Source: an uncultured Chloroflexia bacterium (GTDB taxonomy: Bacteria > Chloroflexota > Anaerolineae > Anaerolineales > Anaerolineaceae). Taken from it: 64,000 nucleotides of DNA. The DNA lies in NCBI GenBank assembly GCA_963753895.1, contig CAVWEE010000005.1, positions 19,036 to 83,035 of the forward strand, in the 5' to 3' direction. The notes below the pieces were generated by a model, which saw only the letters and a program-made list of their open reading frames with translations, was not told the DNA's origin and did no database searches. The translations under genes were made by a program, and so were the position numbers. Shown in pieces: positions 50,187 to 59,465 of the stretch. How positions within the stretch are numbered: position 1 is the stretch's first letter; the number at the start of each line of letters is the position of its first letter.

Positions 50187-50741
50187 ATGAACATTGTAGT
50201 TTTCGATGCAATCCCCGATCCTCAGGATCATGACAGCCAGGCATATCTGAACAGCATGGTAGAACAACTGGAGTCCGAAGGGAATCAGGTGAATGTTTTC
50301 ACCCTGCGTGACATGGATATCAAATATTGCACTGGCTGCTGGACCTGCTGGTGGAAGACCCCCGGCCGCTGTGTTTTTCAGGATGATATGGAGCAGGTGT
50401 ACCCCGCCATGATGGCCGCCGACAGGCTGGTCATGTTCAGCCCGCTCTCGATGGGCTTTGTCAGCAGCCTGCTGAAAAAGGTCAATGACCGTTCTGTGGC
50501 GCTGCTTCATCCCTACATCGAAATTGTACAGGGCGAGTGCCACCATCGTAAACGCTATGAGAAATATCCCGACCTGGCGTTGATCGTCAATGAGGAAGCC
50601 GATACAGATGCCTATGATCTGGAGATCATTGACGATCTGTATCAACGCTTTGCGCTCAACTTCCGCGCTGACCTGAAGGTATTTACCAGCGTGGCCCAGA
50701 CCACCCCCCAGGAGGCCGCATATGCAGTTAGCCGTGTTTAA
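50187..50741 (+). CDS. Flavodoxin-fold protein with compact Cx2Cx2Cx7C motif (iron-sulfur flavoprotein, Isf-like)
   Basis: ORF 50166..50741; start likely ATG 50187 (GGAGAAG RBS). CTGCWTCWWKTPGRC matches the compact 4-Cys motif described for Isf-type FMN proteins. Confidence 0.65.
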   Translation: MNIVVFDAIPDPQDHDSQAYLNSMVEQLESEGNQVNVFTLRDMDIKYCTGCWTCWWKTPGRCVFQDDMEQVYPAMMAADRLVMFSPLSMGFVSSLLKKVNDRSVALLHPYIEIVQGECHHRKRYEKYPDLALIVNEEADTDAYDLEIIDDLYQRFALNFRADLKVFTSVAQTTPQEAAYAVSRV

Positions 50742-51330
50742 TGGTTCACCCCGAGGGGTAAAGAGTAACACCCGTCTGCTGATGGAACAGATGCTGGCGG
50801 GTTATGAAGCTGCCGGCGGTGAGGCGGACGTGTCTGTGCATTTTCTTGCCAAAACCGGACAACTGGCCGAGCAGGTGGCGGCGTATGAAGCAGCAGACCT
50901 GGTGATCCTGGCTTTCCCCCTGTATACCGATTCGATGCCCGGCATTGTCAAGGCGTTCATCGAAGCGCTGGCGCCGGTGCAAAAGCAGCCGGGTTTCAAG
51001 ATCGGCTTTCTGGTGCAGTCTGGTTTCCCCGAGGCGGTGCATTCTGCCCACGTGGAAGCGTATCTGGAGAAGCTGACTGATCGTCTGAGCGCGGAGTATA
51101 TTGGCACGATCATCAAGGGCGGGGTGGAAGGGATCCAGATCCAGCCGGAGCAGATGACGCGGAAACTTTACGAAAGTATGCGTGCATTTGGCAAAGACCT
51201 GGCGGAAACCGGGTCATGGGACCTGGGCAGGATCATGACGCTGCGTAAGCCTTACCGTTTCAGTGCCTTGAATGCCTTTATGTTCCGGCTCGTTACGCTT
51301 ACCGGTCTGACGAATTTTACTGGAATATGA
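50722..51330 (+). CDS. NAD(P)H-dependent oxidoreductase, flavodoxin-like fold
   Basis: Intact 202-aa ORF overlapping the previous gene by 20 nt. MQLAVFNGSPRGVKSNTR ... LVILAFPLYTDSMPG is typical of FMN-reductase-type proteins. Confidence 0.7.
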   Translation: MQLAVFNGSPRGVKSNTRLLMEQMLAGYEAAGGEADVSVHFLAKTGQLAEQVAAYEAADLVILAFPLYTDSMPGIVKAFIEALAPVQKQPGFKIGFLVQSGFPEAVHSAHVEAYLEKLTDRLSAEYIGTIIKGGVEGIQIQPEQMTRKLYESMRAFGKDLAETGSWDLGRIMTLRKPYRFSALNAFMFRLVTLTGLTNFTGI

Positions 51331-51591
51331 ACCTGCGCAAGCATGATGCCTATGACCGGCGTTTTGACCGGCCGTATCAACCCTAGCCTATCTTCTGATT
51401 TGACAATCCAATTGCGCTGCCGTCCCTTTCTGTCACCGGGCGGCAGCGCGATGTGTTTATTTTCCATAACAATGACTGCCCCAAATTTCATCAAATCACT
51501 ATCTCTTATTCATCAATTCTTCACAGGTGAATTGTATATTCATATCATCCAATGAAGGATGAAAGGAGATTTGAAATGAAATTCGAAAAAT

Positions 51592-52357
51592 ATGAAAAAA
51601 ATGATGTTGATGGTGATATCCCTGGTATTGATGGTTAGCCAGTGTTGCTTGCAGTCCTGCGAGTGCAGCCGTGCAGAAAAAATGATTGAAGAGACCGGTG
51701 GTGCAGGAAACTGTGGCATCCGTGAGTGAACCGGCAGCCGTTGAGGCGGTGCCTGCTTCAAATGAAACAGCGGCTGATTGAGTGTGCGCCTGCTTACTGA
51801 TGGCGTTCTGACTGATGCAGAAATGGAAGGTTTGTTGTTCATGCGGGAAGAAGAAAAACTGGCTGGTGATGTGTACCGCTATTTTTATAACATGTATGGC
51901 AGCTCGGTGTTCCAGAATATTGCCGGCAGCCGAGGACACGCACACGAATCGGTTCTGAGCCTGCTCAACCAGTATGGCATTGCAGACCCTGCTGTTGCTG
52001 ACCTGGCGTGTTCAGCAACCCGGATCTTCAGGCGCTTTATGATCAGTTGATTGCCCAGGGCAGCCAGTCTTTGCAGGATGCTTTTTTGGTGGGTGCAGCG
52101 ATTGAAGAGATTGATATTCTTGATTTGGAAGAACGCATCGCGCAGACCGATAAAGCGGATATCCAGCTTGTGTATCAGAGTTTGCTGCAGGGTTCAGAAA
52201 ATCACTTGCGCGCATTTGTGCGCGTGATGGAAACCAGTCTGGCACTGCCTACACGCCGCAATATATGACCCAGGATCGGTATGATGAGATCATGGCCAGT
52301 CAGAATGGCGCTGGAAACGGACAGGTTGGCAAAGGCAATGGAAGACGCTGGAATTAG
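51592..52357 (+). pseudogene. DUF2202 (ferritin-like) secreted protein or lipoprotein, at least 4 frame breaks
   Basis: Signal-like MKKMMLMVISLVLMVSQC. After an A-run break near 51677..51682, the linker and core (EMEGLLFMREEEKLAGDVYRYF ... SVFQNIA ... PDLQALYDQLIAQGSQSLQDAFLVGAAIEEIDILDL ... GSENHLRAFV ... YTPQYMTQDRYDEIM) are spread over several frames. Confidence 0.65.
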
Positions 52358-52395
52358 GAAGACTTCTCCAATCAGTTGAACAGCAATTAAGGATG

Positions 52396-52422
52396 AAAAG
52401 GCCGCGATGAGCGGCCTTTTTT
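52396..52422. terminator. Bidirectional rho-independent terminator
   Basis: AAAAGGCCGC-gatga-GCGGCCTTTT flanked by A and T tracts, between convergent genes. Confidence 0.85.
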
Positions 52423-52454
52423 CGTTTCTCTAAAAATGTATGGGACTGTTTCTG

Positions 52455-52658
52455 CTACACCTGTCCAGATTGAACCAGCCGGGCGAAGTGCTCAAAGGAG
52501 CGGTCATAGGTGCGTTCGGCTGAATCGGGGAAGGAGCAGGCGGGCAGTTCGCGGTTGCGCAGGTGGTATTGCATGCAGTCACAGCACACGCCTTTGCGTG
52601 AGCAGGAGCCATAGCTGCAATTGCAGTTGACCAGATTGCGTTCTTTTTTACATTCCAT
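52455..52658 (-). CDS. Small Cys-rich cytoplasmic protein (DUF6485-like)
   Basis: Start at the MECKKE codon (52658) within ORF 52455..52787. MECKKERNLVNCNCSYGSCSRKGVCCDCMQYHLRNRELPACSFP ... AERTYDRSFEHF matches the small family I recall as DUF6485. Confidence 0.6.
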   Translation of the reverse strand: MECKKERNLVNCNCSYGSCSRKGVCCDCMQYHLRNRELPACSFPDSAERTYDRSFEHFARLVQSGQV

Positions 52659-52789
52659 GTGGTTCTCCTCCGGGTAACTTCTAATTTGTGGATATTTCCA
52701 GTGCCTGTCAGTTTTTTGGTGCGTTACCAACGGACAGTTCGGATGACTCTTGTTCCCGTCATAATGATCGGTCAAAACCATGACCATAC

Positions 52790-53471
52790 CTACAAAACTA
52801 TCCTGTGGGAAGGGGGATTGTTCCTTCCGGTTAACGCTTCCAGCACGCGGTTTTTGGACATTTCGATCTCATTGCGCACAATCTGTTCGGCGCGGTCGGG
52901 ATCGCGTTCGCGGATGGCCTGCGCCAGCGCGGTGTGGGCATCGTGCATTTCGGCGGCGCTGTCACGGATGCCCAACCCCAGATGAAACAGGCGGGTCAGT
53001 TCGTCGAGCAGGTTGGAGATCAAATCTACCAGCCGCTGGTTGCCGGACAGCCTGGCGATGCCGATGTGAAAATCGCGGTTTTGCCCCAGGAAATCCTTAT
53101 AGCTTTCAATATCCTGATACACATAGCTGAAATCGGAACTGGCGATCAATTTTTCCAGGGCGTCCTGCGGGGCACGCAGGGCGGCCAGCCGCGCCGCCGC
53201 CACCTCTACAATGGTGCGCAGTTCATACATCTCATGCACATCTGAAAAAGTGATCGGGGTGACGATATAGCCCAGACGCGGGATGGATTGCACAAAGCCT
53301 TCCAGGGACAGCCGCTGCAGGGCTTCACGGATGGGGGTAATGCCAATCTCGTAGCGCTCGGTGAGCGCCGCCTGGGCGATCTGCTCTCCTGGTGGAAATT
53401 CGCAGGTGATGATGTCATTTTTTAGCAGGCGGTATGCCTGATCGGCTAAAGATTCTTTGTTGATTCGTCAT
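52790..53471 (-). pseudogene. GntR-family (FadR/FCD subfamily) regulator, one frame break in the first codons
   Basis: ATG 53471 (GAGG RBS) is out of frame with the body (ESLADQAYRLLKNDIITCEFPPGEQIAQAALTERYEIGITPIREALQRLSLEGFVQSIPRLGY..., then an FCD domain). The break lies within the first ~5 codons, near an AAA run. Confidence 0.8.
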
Positions 53472-53522
53472 GGGATGCCTCGTTTGTTGTCCTTGCTTCC
53501 GCTGCGATTATAACATTGCCCG

Positions 53523-54846
53523 TTAGTTTACCCGCTCGCGGATCATCTCCAGCACCAGACGGTCGGTTTCCACCATGCCCGGGTCATTGATCTTTCCCAG
53601 GTTTTCCAGGGTTTCTTCCAGACTGCCGCCCACAATGCCGTTCATGGACGGGATACTGGCGTGATCCATCGCCAGGAAGGCGGCCTCGACCGCGGCGGAA
53701 ACGCCCCGGCTGACCTTGTAGGCGCAGGATTCTTTGGCGCCATCGCACAGGATGCCAGTGTAGGTGCCCAGCAGGGTCTGGATGGCCGCTGCCATGGTTT
53801 CGATATCCCCGCCCAGCAGGAAGACCGTTCCGGCGGCCACGCCGGCGGTGGGGGCGAGGGCCGATCCACAGTACGCGGTTACCCGTCCGGTGTATTCCTT
53901 GGTGTAGACTCGTCAGCACGGAACTGAGGGTGATGGCGCGGATGATCTCCTCGCGGGGGGCGCCCAGCGCTTTGCCTACCGCCAGCATCCCCAGAAAATT
54001 GGCGATGCCGTGGTTGCCGCTGCCGGCAATCGACATGATGGGTACCGGCAGCCCGCCCATGCGCGCCTCACTGGCTGCGCTGGTCCACAGCTGTGCCTGG
54101 TGTACGGCGGCAAAGGGCAGGGGGAGTTCCTCTTCCATATTTTGCATGGCCTGGCCGATACCATCCTTGTTCTTCTCCAGTCCTGCCTGTGCGGCCTGCA
54201 AATTGGTCTGGGCGGCATCCCAGAGGAACTCGTATTGTGCCGGGTCTTCATTCAGGGCAGCTTCGATCAAAGCACTGCCAGCGATTCCACGGAAATGGAA
54301 TTTTTCCGGGCCATCCGTGGTGACCGTTTCTTCCGCAAAGAAACACACACTGTCATCTTTTCTGATCTCGCTGATGCGCTGGTGTCCCCCGCTCAGCGTG
54401 GCGGTAACGGTGTGCCCGTCTTTTTCCAGACGCGCCTGGGCGTAGATCAATTCATCTGTATCCTGCAAATCCACGTGGATCTTCTTCTCGGCAACCAGCT
54501 TCTCGGCCTGTGATAAATCGTCTTCGTTGGCGTTTTCCAGGATGGAAAGCCCTGCCTGCGGGGTCTGCATCACACTGCCCATGGCGGCGGCGATGGGGAT
54601 GCCGCGCCCGCCCGTGCCGGGCACGCATACATTGATGCCGTTCTTCATGATGTTGGGGCTGACAGCAAGGTCAATCCGGTCGGGGATGGCGCCCAGTTCT
54701 TTCGCAGCCACGGCGGTCAGCAGGGCAATGCAGCCCACCTCAGTACAGCCGGTGGACAGGGCCATTTCTTGTTGCAGGGCATCGCGGATGTTGAATTCCA
54801 TTCCATCTCCTTGGGAAAACTGGTCAAACAGGGAAATTGTCTTCAC
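53523..54846 (-). pseudogene. UPF0597 / L-cysteine desulfidase family protein (YhaM/CyuA-like), one frame break as sequenced
   Basis: STGCTEVGCIALLTAVAA and IAGSGNHGIANFLG are in ORF 53584..54846. After a break near 53895 the sequence continues as VYTKEYTGRVTAYCGSALAPTAGVAAGTVFLLGG ... ILCDGAKESCAYKV in ORF 53523..53840. Confidence 0.75.
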
Positions 54847-55076
54847 AGATATATTGCTAATATATCACAGATATATCTCAATGGGAAGGCGCAAAGCTGG
54901 CTGTTTGTGGCATTTGAAATATCAAGGTAGAGGGTTGGGAATGATTGGTTGGGCGCAAAATTTTCACAATTTCCTTATCATTCCATAATAACTTCTTAAC
55001 AGGTTGTCGATAAGATATGGGTAGTTGTGAAGTAGTGCACAACACATCAAAAACCAAATTGAAAAGGAGGTACACC

Positions 55077-55319
55077 ATGTTCGTCTTGATCCCCATTATT
55101 ATTGTTGCAGGTTTGTTCATTGTATTCAGTTTTGCGCCATTTTTGTGGCGGCGCCCGATGTGGGGACCGCGGCCGCGCATGATGTATCGCCCGCTTGTTG
55201 CGCCATCATCGGCCGATGCACCATCACCATCGACACTGGTAAATGAGGTTTATCTTCATTTCACCGGTGATAACCCTGACCACATTATTGGTAGAAAATA
55301 TCGAAAGAGGAATGAATAA
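55077..55319 (+). CDS. Small single-pass membrane protein, unknown
   Basis: ATG 55077 with a strong AAAGGAGG RBS, within ORF 55017..55319. [24 protein letters not shown] followed by an Arg/Pro-rich tail. The stop overlaps the next ATG (TAATG). Confidence 0.5.
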   Translation: MFVLIPIIIVAGLFIVFSFAPFLWRRPMWGPRPRMMYRPLVAPSSADAPSPSTLVNEVYLHFTGDNPDHIIGRKYRKRNE

Positions 55320-55663
55320 TGGTTGAAAAAGAAATGACCCGCCGCCGTTTCCTTGTGATGGCTTCGGGAACAGTGGCAGCAGCAGTGTTGGCTGGCTGTG
55401 TGCGCAAGGAAGAAATTGATACGATTCTCAGCTGTGGTGCAGGAGGCCGCACCAACTGTGGGGGCAACGAGTGTCCCTGCAGCGACAGCGGTATCCAGTC
55501 CCACGGCGGCGCCAGCCAGCCCAACGGCGACTGCTGTCCCACGGCACAAAAGAATGTGCGCTCTGCCTGCCCGCGCGGATTGGTCAACGATCCTTACCCT
55601 GGAAAATGCAAGCGCTATGTCGATAAAAACGGCAATGGGATCTGCGATCTTTCCGAGGTGTGA
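55319..55663 (+). CDS. Tat-signal lipoprotein with C-terminal [27 protein letters not shown] module
   Basis: [22 protein letters not shown] gives a twin-arginine signal plus lipobox. The middle part may be mis-framed: the alternative frame (ORF 55398..55697) reads as a Pro/Thr/Ala linker. Confidence 0.55.
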   Translation: MVEKEMTRRRFLVMASGTVAAAVLAGCVRKEEIDTILSCGAGGRTNCGGNECPCSDSGIQSHGGASQPNGDCCPTAQKNVRSACPRGLVNDPYPGKCKRYVDKNGNGICDLSEV

Positions 55664-56045
55664 GCATTATTTCCAGGAAGGTTGGAAAGGAACCTGATGC
55701 AAAAAGAAAAACCACTGCTTTTAAATATGCTGGTTATGGCAGCTTTTATTTTGGGATACTTCTTGCTGCCAACGTAATCTTCATTTTCACCTATTGAGGT
55801 TCACGTAAATGAGTTAAGAAATCCGTAGTGGAATAGCATGCTGTTCCATCGAGCACAATAGAGAAACGGGGATGAACAACAAAAGATATCGGACGGTCCT
55901 CGGCACCATCTCTGGAATTTCAGAGGTGGTGTTGTTTTTAAGGAACTGGGATCAGGCAACCAGTCAATCAGGAAGACACCGTTTTTGGTTGATCATTCTC
56001 CTGATTGACGAATGGACTGATCCCTTTTTGCTGTGTATAGCCTGC

Positions 56046-56074
56046 TTGACAATATGTATAGTTTGCTATACAAT
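56046..56074 (+). promoter_or_regulatory. Near-consensus promoter with embedded inverted repeat (candidate XRE autoregulatory operator)
   Basis: TTGACA (56046..56051), 17 nt, TACAAT (56069..56074). TGTATAG-tttg-CTATACA (56055..56072) fills the spacer. An AAGGAG RBS precedes ATG 56098. Confidence 0.65.
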
Positions 56075-56097
56075 ACAGATAACAAAGGAGAACGCCT

Positions 56098-56322
56098 ATG
56101 AAATTAAAAAACCGAATTCGGGAACTGCGTTTTCAAAACGGGGAGATGAGCCAACAGGCACTGGCGGATGCTGTCGGCGTGACGCGCATGACGATCTATT
56201 CCATTGAAAAAGAGAAATTTGTGCCTTCCGCACTGCTGGCTTTCAAGATTGCCAGAGCGTTTGGGACAAACATCAATGACGTCTTCCACCTCGAAGACGA
56301 GCAGGATGGAGGTGAAAAATGA
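56098..56322 (+). CDS. XRE-family (HTH_3) small transcriptional regulator
   Basis: Intact 74-aa ORF with HTH MSQQALADAVGVTRMTIYSIEKEKF. Confidence 0.9.
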   Translation: MKLKNRIRELRFQNGEMSQQALADAVGVTRMTIYSIEKEKFVPSALLAFKIARAFGTNINDVFHLEDEQDGGEK

Positions 56323-57206
56323 GAACGAGCAAGGCGAAAAAGATTTTCACGGCTTTGGGAAGCCTGGCCGTGCTGGGGATGGGATACTGCTTCTGGGCCT
56401 ATTTCCGTTTACGTCCGATTCTGGTGCCGGAGAATGTGGAACTGCCCGCGCTGGTGGACAGCCTGACGATCGGGATCATCCTGTCGATGTTTGTTGTGGC
56501 GGTGTTCCACTTATTCCTGCTGGTCTTCAGTTTGCGGCGGCTGACCGGGCAGGATATGCCACGGTTTTTCAATGCGGTGTTTTTCAGCGCCGTCATCCTT
56601 TCCGGTATGCTGATCCTGAGCGATGCGGCCCTGCTGCATGATCTGGGGGCGGAATACCTGTACTGGGACATCAGCATGGAATGGACGCTGCTGCTGGTCA
56701 TCTCGGCCTTCCAGACGGTGGTGATGCTGGCCGGGCTGGTGCTGCAGGCGCGCACAGCGCCGCAGCCGGAAGGGAAGTTGTTCGAGCGCGTGCAGCGCGG
56801 GGATGATGTGGTCTTCATCAGCCTGAATCAGGTGGGCTTGACATGTGCGCTGGCGGGGCTGGCCCTGCTCGTCCCGCCGTACCTGCTGCCGCTGGCCGAG
56901 CGCTACCGCCCGGGCTGGTTATTAGCCCTGGCCTGCCTGGCCGTCATGCCGCTGCTGCTGATCGCCATCTATTGGCTGCTGCGCAACCGGCAGAAGAAGC
57001 TGAATGCCCTGCTGGATGAAAAACAGATCATGGACCTGACCTTCGGCGGATTTGTGGCATTGGGGCTGGTGGTGGGGGTACTGTTCATCTATCTGATCCT
57101 CGCTGCCCGAAACAGGATTGACCTCAACCAGCCGGTGTACATGGTTGGACTGGTGGATGCGGCCTTTGCGGTGCTGTTCGGGACGGTGCTGAGAAGGTTT
57201 GGGTGA
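56319..57206 (+). CDS. Polytopic membrane protein, unknown (partner of the XRE regulator)
   Basis: Intact 295-aa ORF with ATGA overlap with the regulator and ~8 hydrophobic segments. Confidence 0.65.
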   Translation: MRTSKAKKIFTALGSLAVLGMGYCFWAYFRLRPILVPENVELPALVDSLTIGIILSMFVVAVFHLFLLVFSLRRLTGQDMPRFFNAVFFSAVILSGMLILSDAALLHDLGAEYLYWDISMEWTLLLVISAFQTVVMLAGLVLQARTAPQPEGKLFERVQRGDDVVFISLNQVGLTCALAGLALLVPPYLLPLAERYRPGWLLALACLAVMPLLLIAIYWLLRNRQKKLNALLDEKQIMDLTFGGFVALGLVVGVLFIYLILAARNRIDLNQPVYMVGLVDAAFAVLFGTVLRRFG

Positions 57207-57275
57207 GGAAGAGTGGATTTGCGAATATCAGCGCATGGTGCGGGCAGTGTTGGCGGAAGTGAGATAATGGATAAT

Positions 57276-57306
57276 GAGCCGGGTAAGATGCCCGGCTCTT
57301 TTTTTG
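57276..57306 (+). terminator. Rho-independent terminator
   Basis: GAGCCGGG-taagatg-CCCGGCTC followed by TTTTTTT. Confidence 0.85.
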
Positions 57307-57345
57307 TCTGATAAACTAGTAGCAGCGTTTAAAGTTTAAGGAGAA

Positions 57346-58098
57346 ATGATGAAATTCAAAAGGATCTTGAAATTTACCGGTATCGGTTTGCTGGCTGTGC
57401 TTGTGCTTGCGGCCGCGGGCCTCTTCATCTGGTCGGCGACGAGCACGTATCCTGCGGGTGAAACCGCCCTGGCCGCCCTGGAATCTTCTTCCACGGTACG
57501 GGTTACCCAAGGGCGCTGGATCGTGTTCACGCCAGCCATCGAGCCAGAGGGAGGGCTGATCTTTTACCCCGGCGGACTGGTGGCACCCGAGGCGTATGCC
57601 CCCGTTTTGCGTGAACTTGCAGAACAAGGCGTGCTGGTGGTGATCACGCCCATGCCCTTGAACCTGGCCATCTTTGATACGAATGAAGCCAATGCTGTGA
57701 TCGAGGCGTATCCCGCGATACGAAACTGGGTGTTGGCCGGGCATTCTCTGGGCGGGGCAGCCGCCGGGATCTATGCAGAAAACAACCCGGACAAAATCGA
57801 CGGGCTGGCGGTTTGGGATTCCTACCCGCCGGACAGCGCGGACCTGTCGGATAACGATATCGCCGTGATCTCCATTCACGGCACGACCGGCGGCATTCCC
57901 AATACCGATAATTTTGACGACAAGAGATATTTGGTGCCAGAGGACACGATCTTCGCCCCGATTGAAGGCGCCAGCCATGCGCAGTTTGGCGACTATGGGC
58001 CGCAGAAAGGGGATGTGGTGCCGGTGATCCCTATGACGGAACAGCATGAGCGGGTTGTGGAATTGATGATGGGGTTTCTGGACGAAGTGTTTCCTTAA
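57346..58098 (+). CDS. Alpha/beta hydrolase, membrane-anchored or secreted
   Basis: Intact 250-aa ORF with an N-terminal hydrophobic segment and the nucleophile elbow GHSLGG. Confidence 0.8.
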   Translation: MMKFKRILKFTGIGLLAVLVLAAAGLFIWSATSTYPAGETALAALESSSTVRVTQGRWIVFTPAIEPEGGLIFYPGGLVAPEAYAPVLRELAEQGVLVVITPMPLNLAIFDTNEANAVIEAYPAIRNWVLAGHSLGGAAAGIYAENNPDKIDGLAVWDSYPPDSADLSDNDIAVISIHGTTGGIPNTDNFDDKRYLVPEDTIFAPIEGASHAQFGDYGPQKGDVVPVIPMTEQHERVVELMMGFLDEVFP

Positions 58099-58199
58099 GC
58101 AGGAAGGGGAAAATTTATCGACCTGTTGATTGTATATCAGGCAGCATTTTGATGATTACACCAATTTTTATCCGGCAATTAATTTTACACTAAACAGAA

Positions 58200-59168
58200 A
58201 TGGAGGGTATCTGGGAGATGGTCAAAAGAATACTCCTTATCTTGACTGCAGTAATCGTCATAGTGCTTCTTGGTGCCTTTGTATTCACAGTCATTTATCA
58301 GGCTGGAACAGCAGAAAAATTCCCGCCTTTCTCATTGGTGGATGTAGACGGTACACAGATGCATTACCATGAAGCAGGTGAGGGGGCTGATGTATTGATT
58401 ATCCACGGGGGCAGCGGTACTTTGCATGATTTTTTACTTTCCCCACTATATGATGTATTGATCGAAAATTACCATGTTGTGATCATCGACCGCCCGGGTC
58501 TGGGATATAGTGAAACAGGACCGCATGCTGGCGCAGGTCCTCAGGCTGATCTGGTGTATGGATTGGCACTGGAACTGGGGTTGGAGCGGCCGGTTTTGAT
58601 CGGGCAATCGTGGGGGGCTGGTGTGGCGATGATCTATGCTGTACAGTATCCTGACGAGCTTTCAGGGATCTTGATGCTGGGTGGGCATCCCTATGTGTGG
58701 GAAGAAGAAGTCAAAGAGGACTTTATTTACAGCCTGGTAGAGATCCCGGTTCTCGGTGATTTTTTACTCAATACGATCTATACTCCGCTGGGCGCAATCG
58801 TGATTGGTCCCTCTCGTTTTGAACAGTCTACCATTTTGGCTCCGTTGACAGAATGGCCGTCAGCGCACGCCGAAGCTGTGCTGCGGATGCAACTGCGCCC
58901 CAGCCATGTGCGAGCTCAGGCTTGGGAGTTCTTTCACTATGAAGAGAGTTTGAAAACCTGGCAGGGCCGCTTCAACGAAGTTAGCGTTCCGATTGTGTAC
59001 ATGGTGGGTGGGCTTGATGAGGGATCACTGGAACAGTACGAATATATGCAGCTGGAACATGCATCAACACCATTAGTATTGTTGCCTGACGCAGATCATT
59101 TTTTATGGTTTGCTTATCCGGACGAGGTTGCGAATGCATTGGATGATCTGGTTGGGATGATTGAGTAG
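58200..59168 (+). CDS. Alpha/beta-fold hydrolase
   Basis: Intact 322-aa ORF (alternative start ATG 58218). N-terminal TM segment, HGGSG oxyanion region, GQSWG nucleophile elbow and a C-terminal DADH. Confidence 0.85.
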   Translation: MEGIWEMVKRILLILTAVIVIVLLGAFVFTVIYQAGTAEKFPPFSLVDVDGTQMHYHEAGEGADVLIIHGGSGTLHDFLLSPLYDVLIENYHVVIIDRPGLGYSETGPHAGAGPQADLVYGLALELGLERPVLIGQSWGAGVAMIYAVQYPDELSGILMLGGHPYVWEEEVKEDFIYSLVEIPVLGDFLLNTIYTPLGAIVIGPSRFEQSTILAPLTEWPSAHAEAVLRMQLRPSHVRAQAWEFFHYEESLKTWQGRFNEVSVPIVYMVGGLDEGSLEQYEYMQLEHASTPLVLLPDADHFLWFAYPDEVANALDDLVGMIE

Positions 59169-59247
59169 TTTATTTGAGACGGGTTTACATCGAGATATTA
59201 TCGGTGATTTAATATTTTTGTGGACGATTTTCCGGGGGATTAATAGC

Positions 59248-59273
59248 GACAGCCACCTGAGTGGCTGTCTTTT
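59248..59273 (+). terminator. Rho-independent terminator
   Basis: GACAGCCAC-ctga-GTGGCTGTC followed by TTTT. It abuts the 3' end of the convergent tRNA. Confidence 0.7.
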
Positions 59274-59274
59274 G

Positions 59275-59348
59275 TGGGCGCGGAGAGACTCGAACTCACG
59301 ACCTCACGGATGTGAACCGTGCACTCTAACCAGCTGAGCTACGCGCCC
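59275..59348 (-). tRNA. tRNA-Val (anticodon CAC)
   Basis: 74-nt cloverleaf folded by hand: acceptor GGGCGCG/CGCGCCC, anticodon arm CACGG-TTCACAT-CCGTG, T-loop TTCGAGT. There is one T-T mismatch in the T stem, and no CCA is encoded. Confidence 0.85.
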
Positions 59349-59465
59349 GAATAGCGAGAATGATTTTAGCACAGGACGTATCTCTTGACAAGGATTCTGC
59401 CGTTTAGCGGTATAATTAACGGGTTGAGGAATCATTGAAATCAGGAAGGCAAAAGAGCATTCAGT

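Noticed and set aside
55872-56207. 111-aa ORF upstream of and overlapping the XRE gene.
   Set aside because: It runs through the near-consensus promoter, the RBS and the first 36 codons of the well-supported XRE gene in another frame. It has no RBS and no recognisable motif.
59275-59348. tRNA-Val as an integration site for a genomic island.
   Set aside because: There is no integrase, no direct repeat of the tRNA 3' end, and the flanking genes (hydrolases, gyrA) look like ordinary core genes.
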